Origin: Patescibacteria group bacterium
Lineage (GTDB): Bacteria > Patescibacteriota > Gracilibacteria > UBA1369 > PNNO01
Length of the DNA stretch: 64,000 nt
Direction of reading: 5' to 3'
Assembly: GCA_042568575.1 (NCBI GenBank)
Contig: JBHPIO010000002.1
Span: 32,001-96,000 of the forward strand
The notes under the pieces were generated by a model, which did no database searches, was not told the origin of the DNA, and saw nothing but the letters and a program-made list of their open reading frames with translations. Below, piece by piece: positions 30,905 through 38,438 of this stretch; the first letter of the stretch is position 1, and the number at the start of each line of letters is the position of its first letter. The position numbers and the translations under genes are program-made.

Positions 30905-31945
30905 TTAAAGTTTTTCAGCTTCTACAATGCAGTAAAATGGTTCGATATCAAGTTTTTCACCGAACTGGATATATTCTGTCATTTTTAATCCACATTTTTT
31001 TAAAAATGATTCAGCTGCTGCTTTGGGATCATTTGACATATCTATACCAAATTTCGCAGGCTCTCCCATTTTTTCTATTATACTCATAAATCTTTTAGCT
31101 TCTTTTGAATATTCACCTTCTGCGAATGCTTTGGAATAAAAGTCTTGAGCGATGATACTCCCATCTACACATAAATCAGCCATTTCCCTAAGATTTTCTT
31201 TGACAATATCAGCTTCTAAATATAAAGAAACGCTTTGCCAAAGGAACAAAGTCTTTTTTGTTTTGTCAAAACCAGCTTCTACTAGTTTATCAACCCAGGA
31301 TTCGTTTGCGTAATCAACTGGGATATAGGTGATCCAATCGTGCTCAATTCTTGCTTTTTTCATTGTTTCAACTTTAACGTTTAGTGTGTTAGCCTGGTCG
31401 AGTTCAAAAACCTTCACTTTTTTTCCTTTTGTAAAGTGCAAAGCTATTAGATCAAAGCCAGCTCCAGGAAGGACAATCTGCTCCATTTCATCAACATATT
31501 TTTCCATTATCTTGTCAAACATGAGCACTCGAATACCAGCAGTGGAATCTCCGGTCTCTTTACCTCGTTCAACTAGTTTTCCAAGCAGAGCAGGGAAACC
31601 GGTTAACCTCACTGAAATGATAAGAGCTCCCAGAATCGACCACATACCAAAATGTGATTCACATGGAAACTTTTTTATAAACGCAACAGAAAGAGGATCC
31701 GGTCTGGTATTAAAATAATGCATCATCCACCTATATTGAAGCGCTTTAATTGCCGAGAAGGAGACACCCAGTTTCTTGCTTTTCCTCATTTCCTTGTAAA
31801 TTGCTACTATTATTCCAATAATAGCAAAAGGAATGAAGATTATTTGAATCGATATATAAAGGATGATTTGAAAAAGCTTTATTAAGAAACGTAATATTCT
31901 GGGAAGCTGTTTCTTTTTGTTACCTATCGTTAGATTCTCCTTCAT
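30905..31945 (-). CDS. SAM-dependent methyltransferase (leucine carboxyl methyltransferase-like)
   Basis: QIVLPGAGFDL, VFELDQ and LFLWQSVSLYL; lies just beyond the last att site. Confidence 0.85.
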   Translation of the reverse strand: MKENLTIGNKKKQLPRILRFLIKLFQIILYISIQIIFIPFAIIGIIVAIYKEMRKSKKLGVSFSAIKALQYRWMMHYFNTRPDPLSVAFIKKFPCESHFGMWSILGALIISVRLTGFPALLGKLVERGKETGDSTAGIRVLMFDKIMEKYVDEMEQIVLPGAGFDLIALHFTKGKKVKVFELDQANTLNVKVETMKKARIEHDWITYIPVDYANESWVDKLVEAGFDKTKKTLFLWQSVSLYLEADIVKENLREMADLCVDGSIIAQDFYSKAFAEGEYSKEAKRFMSIIEKMGEPAKFGIDMSNDPKAAAESFLKKCGLKMTEYIQFGEKLDIEPFYCIVEAEKL

Positions 31946-32020
31946 TTGTATAGTATGTTATGCTTTCTTGCCACGGATGGTAAGAAAACAGCAATAAATA
32001 AAACTAAGTAAAGCTATTGC

Positions 32021-32138
32021 ACCTAACGTTCGCAAACTATACGAACTTTGACAGTGATATAATACGCCAAAGGCGAAACACTGGCAAAGTTGGGTGAAGC
32101 GAGTGAAAGGAGCGGAACCAAATAGTTTGCTGTTGTAC
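32021..32138 (-). repeat. attC-like site 1 (118 bp)
   Basis: Plus strand ACCTAAC...GTTGTAC; stems GCAAACTAT/ATAGTTTGC and AACTTTG/CAAAGTT; arm GGTGAAGC..GCGGAACC. Confidence 0.88.
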
Positions 32139-32151
32139 GATGTACCCGCGA

Positions 32152-32427
32152 TTATTTTTTTGAATTTAATAGCTTTTTAATTAGATATGTCCAAACAATA
32201 AAGATTATTGAACCATAAATAATTGAGTTTAATGCAATATATATTGGATTGATGCTTAAGTTGTTTTTTCCACATAAACACCAGTCTATATATAGAGGGA
32301 AGGGAAGGCCATATGCTTTCGTTGTACAGAATTCAAAAAAGTCATTTCTGAAATATAGGGTAGGTAAACTGACCAATAAACCCAAAAAAAGAAATAGAAT
32401 GATTTTAATAATGATATTTTTTTTCAA
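32152..32427 (-). CDS. cassette ORF: small membrane protein
   Basis: 91 aa, TTG start, YGLPFP; fills the space between sites 1 and 2. Confidence 0.65.
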   Translation of the reverse strand: MKKNIIIKIILFLFLGLLVSLPTLYFRNDFFEFCTTKAYGLPFPLYIDWCLCGKNNLSINPIYIALNSIIYGSIIFIVWTYLIKKLLNSKK

Positions 32428-32462
32428 AATTTATTATTTAGTGAATGATAAGTGGGTATGTC

Positions 32463-32565
32463 ACACAACGTTCGGCGCATATACAAAGTTTACATATAGC
32501 GTAGCGGAATGTAAATTTGGGTGGAGCGACCAAAGGGAGCGGAACTGAATATACGCCTGTTAGCT
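32463..32565 (-). repeat. attC-like site 2 (103 bp)
   Basis: ACACAAC...GTTAGCT; GGCGCATAT/ATATACGCC stem; nearly identical to site 9. Confidence 0.88.
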
Positions 32566-32588
32566 GAAGTAATTAAAACAAATTATTA

Positions 32589-32996
32589 TTACTTTGACCA
32601 ATCTTGTGTTTGCCGTTGGCGCATATCAATACTGATCTGTTTCGCTTCTTGTAAATAATGTGGTCTTATCCAGTCAGTATGTTCATCTTTAGAGATTTGA
32701 ACTATACTTCTACCCCCGTAACCAAAACTCTCATCAGGTCGACAGAAGCCAATTACAGTAACTTTATCCCCAAGTTGTATATCTCCCATAAAACATTTTC
32801 TTTCACCATGAGTTATTAATGTCGCGGGCATTCCAATATCAATATGAGGCATCATTTTACCTCTTAAACCAATAATTTTATCGCCTTTATATACAGCTAT
32901 ATCGTATCCATCGATTTGGTGACCTTCAATTCTACGCTCGCAAATACCTTGATCTTCTTGAGGAGTATCTAAATCTTCTCCTTTAAATGTTTCCAT
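32589..32996 (-). CDS. cassette ORF: hypothetical protein
   Basis: 135 aa; has its own consensus promoter. Confidence 0.7.
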   Translation of the reverse strand: METFKGEDLDTPQEDQGICERRIEGHQIDGYDIAVYKGDKIIGLRGKMMPHIDIGMPATLITHGERKCFMGDIQLGDKVTVIGFCRPDESFGYGGRSIVQISKDEHTDWIRPHYLQEAKQISIDMRQRQTQDWSK

Positions 32997-33024
32997 ATTT
33001 AAGGATTAAATTACAAAGGAATTA

Positions 33025-33053
33025 ATTATAAAATAAAATAACAAAAATGTCAA
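33025..33053 (-). promoter_or_regulatory. cassette-internal sigma70 promoter
   Basis: Minus strand TTGACA-17-TATAAT, perfect consensus. Confidence 0.8.
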
Positions 33054-33078
33054 TACCTGCTTAAACATTAATTATTTC

Positions 33079-33213
33079 AGCTAACGTTCGGCGTATATAC
33101 AAAGTTAGCCTGACGAGTGACGGTGATATAATATTCTAATCACCGGAACGAGGAAAGGCTAATTTGGGTGGAGCGACTAAAAAGGAGCGGAACTGAATAT
33201 ACGCCTGTTGTGC
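33079..33213 (-). repeat. attC-like site 3 (135 bp)
   Basis: AGCTAAC...GTTGTGC; GGCGTATAT/ATATACGCC stem. Confidence 0.88.
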
Positions 33214-33230
33214 GATGTGGCAAAATTTGC

Positions 33231-33464
33231 TTATTCCTGTTCCGCTTCCACTCTACGTATATGGACCATGGCTAAACCATTGATCGCCTCTTCAATTTTT
33301 GAAATCACCACCTTAGAACCTTCTTGCCTGTCAGGACCAACGAACAGCGGAAGTACTTCCCCTTGTTCGAATACGCCTTCACTAAATCCTATCGTAACTT
33401 CGCCTTTTTTATCTAATTCATCAAGCTCTTGGCTTTCAAGCCTTACTAGTGAAGTTTTTCCCAT
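33231..33464 (-). CDS. cassette ORF: small acidic hypothetical protein
   Basis: 77 aa; promoter TTGTGC-17-TATAAT whose -35 overlaps the site 4 core. Confidence 0.65.
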   Translation of the reverse strand: MGKTSLVRLESQELDELDKKGEVTIGFSEGVFEQGEVLPLFVGPDRQEGSKVVISKIEEAINGLAMVHIRRVEAEQE

Positions 33465-33517
33465 GTTGCAATTTTGTTAATAAAACAATAGTACATTATA
33501 GCAAATTTTGACATTTT

Positions 33518-33665
33518 GCACAACGTCCGCGGCTTGTACGAAGTTGCCGACGAGCGAGATGGTATAATTTTAAACCATCAAAGCGAGGAAGGCAATTTGG
33601 GTGAAGGCTTTCGGCTGTGCGAAGCCAGTCCGAAAAAGCCTGAACCGGACAAGCCGCTGTTGTAC
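33518..33665 (-). repeat. attC-like site 4 (148 bp)
   Basis: GCACAAC...GTTGTAC; GCGGCTTGT/ACAAGCCGC stem; long second arm shared with site 11. Confidence 0.88.
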
Positions 33666-33681
33666 GATGTAGCGAAAATTA

Positions 33682-33945
33682 TTAAGAAGTTTTGCTTGGT
33701 TTCATCCATTTAATATAACCTCTTAAATACAGAAAAAATAAAACTATGGAAGTTACACCATTTGCTATACTTCCTATTTGAAAGCTAAATATAAAACCGA
33801 CTATTCCTGATATCATTCCTACGACGAAACCAATTTTTTTCTTGTCTCCAAGAAGAAAAATTCCTGCAAAAACCGTTAACGTGACTATCCAATCTACGCC
33901 ATAATACTGGAAAGCATAATGTTTTATTTGTTCCAGAATTCCCAT
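33682..33945 (-). CDS. cassette ORF: 3-TM PnuC/SemiSWEET-like small membrane protein
   Basis: 87 aa; YYGVDW...KKKIGF...RGYIKW. Confidence 0.65.
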   Translation of the reverse strand: MGILEQIKHYAFQYYGVDWIVTLTVFAGIFLLGDKKKIGFVVGMISGIVGFIFSFQIGSIANGVTSIVLFFLYLRGYIKWMKPSKTS

Positions 33946-33984
33946 AGTTTTATTTTATATGAATAATGAAATTTTCGCTATTTC

Positions 33985-34102
33985 GTACAACGTCTGCAAA
34001 CTATACGAACTTTGACAGTGATATAATACGCCAAAGGCGGATCACTGGCAAAGTTGGGTGAAGCGAGTGAAAGGAGCGAAACCGAATAGTTTGCTGTTAT
34101 AT
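33985..34102 (-). repeat. attC-like site 5 (118 bp)
   Basis: GTACAAC...GTTATAT; nearly identical to site 1. Confidence 0.88.
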
Positions 34103-34125
34103 GATGTCGTAAATTCCCGACTCTA

Positions 34126-34563
34126 TTAATCTGATAATGTTTTAGAAAATTTTGTAGAAGCTTCTTGATAACCGAGACCTTTGTAGAAGTCGTGCGCCTC
34201 TGTTCGATCTTTTCTACTTGTGACTTCTATTTTAGTAGAGCCGACTTTTGCTGCCTCTTCTTCGAGCTTTTTTACTAATGTTTTCCCAATACCTTGTCTT
34301 CTGTATTTTTCTTTGACTATTAAAGTAATTATTCGAGCAGTTTTGCCAGTTTCGTATAAAAAGTTGGTGATTTGTAATTGAGCAACTCCTGCAATTTCTC
34401 CTTTGGTTTCAGCAATAATTAGAATTACTTCTGGATTGTCGGTTAGTGCCTCAATTTTGTTACGAGCAAAAGTCGGCGTGTTAGGATATCCAAATTCAAT
34501 TAATAATTCTGCTACGCCTTCTGCATCTTTAATTGTTGCTTCTCTGTAATTGATATCTTCCAT
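34126..34563 (-). CDS. cassette ORF: GNAT acetyltransferase
   Basis: LIVKEKYRRQGIGKTL and AHDFYKGLGY. Confidence 0.9.
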   Translation of the reverse strand: MEDINYREATIKDAEGVAELLIEFGYPNTPTFARNKIEALTDNPEVILIIAETKGEIAGVAQLQITNFLYETGKTARIITLIVKEKYRRQGIGKTLVKKLEEEAAKVGSTKIEVTSRKDRTEAHDFYKGLGYQEASTKFSKTLSD

Positions 34564-34583
34564 AAGATCGAATTTACGATTTC

Positions 34584-34699
34584 ATATAACGTCTAGCACT
34601 ATGCGATGTTTGGCGATGGTAAAATATCACGAAGTGATACCATCGCCAAATATAGGTGTAGCGACTGAAAGGAGCGGAACCGAATAGTGCTTGTTGTGC
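34584..34699 (-). repeat. attC-like site 6 (116 bp)
   Basis: ATATAAC...GTTGTGC; AGCACTAT/ATAGTGCT and TTTGGCGATGGTA/TACCATCGCCAAA stems. Confidence 0.88.
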
Positions 34700-34716
34700 G
34701 ATGTGTTGTGCCCGAC

Positions 34717-35157
34717 TTACTTAATCTTCTTTATGTAATGTACGATTACGTCGTCTTTTTTGAAACCTAAATTTTTGTGAAATTTCTGGCTATCAACGTT
34801 CCTTAACTCTGCGTCTGAGCCGAGCTCTTTGCATCCCTGTTTTTTGGCCCACTTTTCACCTTGTTCCACAAGCTCTTTGGCAACTCCTTGTTTTCTGTAT
34901 TTGGGCTTTACATAAATGCCTTCAACATAGCCGACTGGACTAGATGATGAACCTTGGACATAATCGTTGCGAAGCGAAAGATTGATGAAGCCCAAATACT
35001 CACCCTTTTCATTTTGGGCCAAAAAGTTTGTGTATCTATCTGACTTTGAAAGTGCCTGAAATTCTTTTTTGAGTGTTTTTTTAGCGTGTGGCCAAAGAGC
35101 GAGGCCCATTGATAGCCACTCATTAAAGTTGTCTTCAGAAATTTCACAAAAATTCAT
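34717..35157 (-). CDS. cassette ORF: aminoglycoside 6'-N-acetyltransferase AAC(6')-I-like GNAT
   Basis: ALWP, SLRNDYVQGSSSSPVGYVEGIYV, GCKELGSDA and SQKFHKNLGF; ATG at 35157. Confidence 0.82.
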   Translation of the reverse strand: MNFCEISEDNFNEWLSMGLALWPHAKKTLKKEFQALSKSDRYTNFLAQNEKGEYLGFINLSLRNDYVQGSSSSPVGYVEGIYVKPKYRKQGVAKELVEQGEKWAKKQGCKELGSDAELRNVDSQKFHKNLGFKKDDVIVHYIKKIK

Positions 35158-35186
35158 AGTATTGATGATTAAGGGCACAACATTTC

Positions 35187-35304
35187 GTACAACGTTCGCA
35201 AACTATACGAACTTGCGACAGGTGTAGAATAGCCGAAGGCGGACACCTGAGCAAGTTGGGTGAAGCGAGTGAAAGGAGCGGAACCGAATAGTTTGCTGTT
35301 AGGC
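35187..35304 (-). repeat. attC-like site 7 (118 bp)
   Basis: GTACAAC...GTTAGGC; same family as sites 1 and 5. Confidence 0.88.
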
Positions 35305-35312
35305 GATGTTAA

Positions 35313-35543
35313 TTATTTTTTCCATTTTGCATATGCCCTAGCATTCAATGCTATAAGTATTATATTTAAAATTACACCAGGCCATATATGACCCATATAA
35401 TTTACAGCTATCCATGCGATGTTACCAACAGTGTATATAATAAATGAATATCTTTTTTTGCTACCAACAAGGAATAGAAAAATAAGTGAACCTGCCATCC
35501 CAATCCAATCTAGTCCGTAATAATTTCCCAATATTTCATTCAT
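35313..35543 (-). CDS. cassette ORF: 3-TM PnuC/SemiSWEET-like small membrane protein (76 aa)
   Basis: Likely start MNEILGNYYGLDW; the longer track ORF runs through att site 8. Similar to 33682..33945. Confidence 0.7.
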   Translation of the reverse strand: MNEILGNYYGLDWIGMAGSLIFLFLVGSKKRYSFIIYTVGNIAWIAVNYMGHIWPGVILNIILIALNARAYAKWKK

Positions 35544-35561
35544 ATAAAAATAATTAATGTT

Positions 35562-35689
35562 GCCTAACGGCCATGAATAACTGAAGTTTGGTGGCGGTAT
35601 AATTTGGAGCGGAGCGACATACCACCGCCAAATTTGGGAGAACGAACGAAGCAAAGCGGAGTGAGTGAACCAGTTATTCATTGTTATGT
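35562..35689 (-). repeat. attC-like site 8 (128 bp, divergent)
   Basis: GCCTAAC...GTTATGT; ATGAATAACTG/CAGTTATTCAT stem. Confidence 0.82.
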
Positions 35690-35704
35690 GATGTGACAAT
35701 AGGG

Positions 35705-36343
35705 TCACTTTGTTAAATGCTCAATCGCTTTTTTCAGTTGTCCGCCAAAATCGTTGTCCATGTTGAGAGCTTTTAACTTGTACTTCTTTGCTTCTTTGTC
35801 AAAAAATTGTCCATAGTAGTTGATCATTTCCGCGATCTTGTTGAGAGTTTCTTTTTCTTTTGTTTTACGAAGAATCCAGTCGTTTGGAGTTGAACTTTTC
35901 TTAAAGTCACGAACCATTTTTTCAACATCAGACTTAAAGAGAAAAAGAACGCAGAAATGTTTACGTCCGTATTTTTTAATTAGCCGAGCTGCAAGTTGTG
36001 GCGTTACATGGTAGCCCTCGACAATATAATCATTGCCATCAGTAATTTCGCAGACGGAAAACATATCTATTGCGTCATAGCTAGACTTGGCCTGCTTAAT
36101 GTAATTATTAGCAATCTGCTTTGGAGTATTGAGTGAATATGTTTCGTCATTAGTTTTGCCCTTTTGAGCATTATGTGGATAGAGTTTATCCATTTCCGCT
36201 TTAGAAGCATATTTTGAAACATATTCACGCGCTACAACTTGCAGCGTATCAGAAGCAACCCACTGAATGCCGAGCTTCTTGGACAATTTTTTGGCAAGTG
36301 TGGTTTTACCACATTTTGGCGGACCGCCGATTAAATAGATCAT
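35705..36343 (-). CDS. cassette ORF: P-loop kinase (2-phosphoglycerate kinase / AAA_33-like)
   Basis: LIGGPPKCGKTT Walker A; YIVEG. Confidence 0.8.
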   Translation of the reverse strand: MIYLIGGPPKCGKTTLAKKLSKKLGIQWVASDTLQVVAREYVSKYASKAEMDKLYPHNAQKGKTNDETYSLNTPKQIANNYIKQAKSSYDAIDMFSVCEITDGNDYIVEGYHVTPQLAARLIKKYGRKHFCVLFLFKSDVEKMVRDFKKSSTPNDWILRKTKEKETLNKIAEMINYYGQFFDKEAKKYKLKALNMDNDFGGQLKKAIEHLTK

Positions 36344-36376
36344 AGTTTTATTTTAGCAAGACCCTATTGTTATTTC

Positions 36377-36477
36377 ATATAACGTTCGGCGCATATACAA
36401 AGTTTACATGCAGCGTAGCGGAATGTAAATTTGGGTGGAGCGACGAAGGAGCGGAACTGAATATACGCCTGTTATAT
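36377..36477 (-). repeat. attC-like site 9 (101 bp)
   Basis: ATATAAC...GTTATAT; nearly identical to site 2. Confidence 0.88.
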
Positions 36478-36493
36478 GAAGCACATTTTTTCG

Positions 36494-36549
36494 TTTGGGG
36501 GCGGCGCAGAGGGGATGGGGGTGAATGCGCCGCCCCCAAACACCTTTTT
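36494..36549 (+). terminator. strong GC hairpin / plus-strand terminator inside the inverted cassette
   Basis: 15-bp stem TTTGGGGGCGGCGCA/TGCGCCGCCCCCAAA followed by CACCTTTTT. Confidence 0.6.
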
Positions 36550-36590
36550 CTTGTTTTACCTATCTGTGATAAGATTGAAAAGCGTTTTGC

Positions 36591-36619
36591 TTGACAAAAC
36601 AATTCTATTTATTTATAAT
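36591..36619 (+). promoter_or_regulatory. cassette-internal sigma70 promoter
   Basis: TTGACA-17-TATAAT, perfect consensus. Confidence 0.8.
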
Positions 36620-36650
36620 TCGATACCATTTACTTTTTAACCGTTTTATA

Positions 36651-37121
36651 ATGGAAACACAACAAGGAAATTCTGCCGAACAATTAGAAGGAAAATCCAC
36701 TCAGGAGCTCTTGGATGCACTATGCGAGGTTCAAAAAATCGAACCTATATTACTAGATCGAGGTCGTGCTTTTTTGAGAGATGTTTTGAGTAAAGAGGAA
36801 AATTTCCCTACAGATAGATTAAATGACTGTCGCGTAAGAGTCGAAGTAAATGACGGTGGTGGTCTCGTTGTTAGAGTGCCGGTTAATCGATTTGAGGTTG
36901 ATGGTAGTACTTTAGATGCTCATCCACTTAAACTTGAAATGAAGGATCAATGGAGTAATTTGCCCGGAGTTGCTCGTGTGGAGACTGATGGTAGTATGAA
37001 TAGTGGAATAATGAATTTAGATGTTTATCTTCAATCCGATCAATTACCTGAGCAAGATTCATCGCAAGCAGTTGAAGAAGTGCAGGAGGTTGTAGGAAAA
37101 GGTCTTAGTCAAAGTGTATAG
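36651..37121 (+). CDS. cassette ORF in inverted orientation: acidic hypothetical protein
   Basis: METQQGNS... (156 aa) downstream of the promoter; the track's TTG start is the -35 box. Confidence 0.72.
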   Translation: METQQGNSAEQLEGKSTQELLDALCEVQKIEPILLDRGRAFLRDVLSKEENFPTDRLNDCRVRVEVNDGGGLVVRVPVNRFEVDGSTLDAHPLKLEMKDQWSNLPGVARVETDGSMNSGIMNLDVYLQSDQLPEQDSSQAVEEVQEVVGKGLSQSV

Positions 37122-37142
37122 TTTCAATGGTTTAATAATAGA

Positions 37143-37175
37143 GATCGGGATTATTTTAATAACTCCGATCTTTTT
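37143..37175 (+). terminator. intrinsic terminator of the inverted cassette gene
   Basis: GATCGGGATTATT/AATAACTCCGATC followed by a T-run. Confidence 0.55.
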
Positions 37176-37216
37176 ATTATGCCCCCCTCTATCAATAAAG
37201 GGAAAAAATGTATTGC

Positions 37217-37339
37217 ATATAACGTTTCGGCATATACGATGTTTGCCAGTGGTATAATACCGCGAAGCGGTTACCACTGGCAAATATGAGCGAAACGACG
37301 ACTGAAAGGAGGAGTGTAGCCGTATATGCCGTGTTAAGT
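37217..37339 (-). repeat. attC-like site 10 (123 bp)
   Basis: ATATAAC...GTTAAGT; CGGCATATACG/CGTATATGCCG and TTTGCCAGTGGTA/TACCACTGGCAAA stems. Confidence 0.88.
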
Positions 37340-37349
37340 GATGTAAATT

Positions 37350-37973
37350 TTATTTTTTCTTTGCTAATACCCACCAATGATATTCGTTATCGCCTGGCTG
37401 TCCTTCATATTCGCTTTCTGTGATTTCAAAACCAGCCTGAGCAATCATTGCCTTATATTTTTCAGGTTCATAATTGCTCCATGCCATTGGTGCTCCGACA
37501 AAATCTTTTTCTATACTTACTTCACTACTTGTACCCAATGTTACTAAAATAACCCCATTATTCTCTAACAAATTATGCATTTTATCAAACAAGGCTTGAT
37601 GTTCTTCGCGCGGAATATGAAAAATAGAGTAAAAGGCGATGATTGCGTGGAAACGCTTGCCGCCAAAATCCGTCTTTGAAAAATCACCTTCAATAAAAGT
37701 TGCATCTGGTACATTTTTCTTCGCTTCGACAATATGATTGGAGGCAAAATCTATGCCGGTTACTTCAAAGCCCTTTTCAACAAGGTACTTGTCGAAAGGG
37801 ATTCCAATACCACAACCCAAATCAAGGACTTTGGCGGCCTTTGGCAAGAGAACTGCCAGGCGATTCAGATATTTCTTTTCCATTTCATTAGGGTCTGAAC
37901 TTACGCGGAAATGTCCAGCGTAGTCGCCTTGTTCATAACCTTCTTTAACGATTTTACGAATATCATTGGTCAT
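37350..37973 (-). CDS. cassette ORF: class I SAM-dependent methyltransferase
   Basis: VLDLGCGIG, VTGIDFA and FYSIFHIP. Confidence 0.9.
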   Translation of the reverse strand: MTNDIRKIVKEGYEQGDYAGHFRVSSDPNEMEKKYLNRLAVLLPKAAKVLDLGCGIGIPFDKYLVEKGFEVTGIDFASNHIVEAKKNVPDATFIEGDFSKTDFGGKRFHAIIAFYSIFHIPREEHQALFDKMHNLLENNGVILVTLGTSSEVSIEKDFVGAPMAWSNYEPEKYKAMIAQAGFEITESEYEGQPGDNEYHWWVLAKKK

Positions 37974-37992
37974 AAAAAATAAAATTTATTTC

Positions 37993-38136
37993 ACTTAACG
38001 GTTGCAAACTATACGAACTTTTTCGCGATGGTATAATAGCGCTTTAGCGCAACCATTGCAAAAAAAGTTGGGTGAGGGCTTTTGGCTGTGCGAAGCCAGC
38101 CGAAAAAAGGCCGAACCGTATAGTTTGCTGTTGTGC
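37993..38136 (-). repeat. attC-like site 11 (144 bp)
   Basis: ACTTAAC...GTTGTGC; GCAAACTATACG/CGTATAGTTTGC stem. Confidence 0.88.
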
Positions 38137-38207
38137 GCTGTTGCGAAATCAAAATTTACCCGAAGGGTAAATAGAAATTTTGGCGACTAAATTATTTTGT
38201 CTAATTC

Positions 38208-38438
38208 TTATTTTTTCGAGGCCATAAGTTCAGTAACTGTTAGTCTTGCTCTAACTAAATTCCGAATTGTTTCTTCTTCAGGCGTTAGTGTTCCTAAGTC
38301 AGCTTTATGGGCGAGAATACTTTGTATGGCACCGGGGAGTTGATCTTCTCTGCCATCAGCAGTTTCTCTGGCTTTTCCATAACCATCTTTGTACCATCCA
38401 AAATTGCCAGATTCGGTTGGACCACCTACAGTAGCCAT
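38208..38438 (-). CDS. first (attI-proximal) cassette ORF: small hypothetical protein
   Basis: 76 aa; candidate promoter TTGCAT-16-TAAAAT (38494-38467). Confidence 0.6.
   Translation of the reverse strand: MATVGGPTESGNFGWYKDGYGKARETADGREDQLPGAIQSILAHKADLGTLTPEEETIRNLVRARLTVTELMASKK

Noticed and set aside
32049-32063. TTGACA-gtga-TATAAT in sites 1 and 5 as a full -35/-10 promoter
   Set aside because: The spacer is only 4 nt and TTGACA is part of the arm 1 stem; only the extended -10 is retained as a candidate.
32021-38136. Repeats interpreted as a CRISPR array
   Set aside because: The repeats are 101-148 bp and variable, the intervening DNA is whole genes, and no cas genes are present.
32249-38190. 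Track ORFs crossing att sites (32249+, 33208+, 33516+, 36367+, 36375-, 37192-, 38002+, and the 5' extension of 35313..35708)
   Set aside because: They are translations of the palindromic repeats; the shared peptide FGAYTKFT simply reflects DNA repeat identity.
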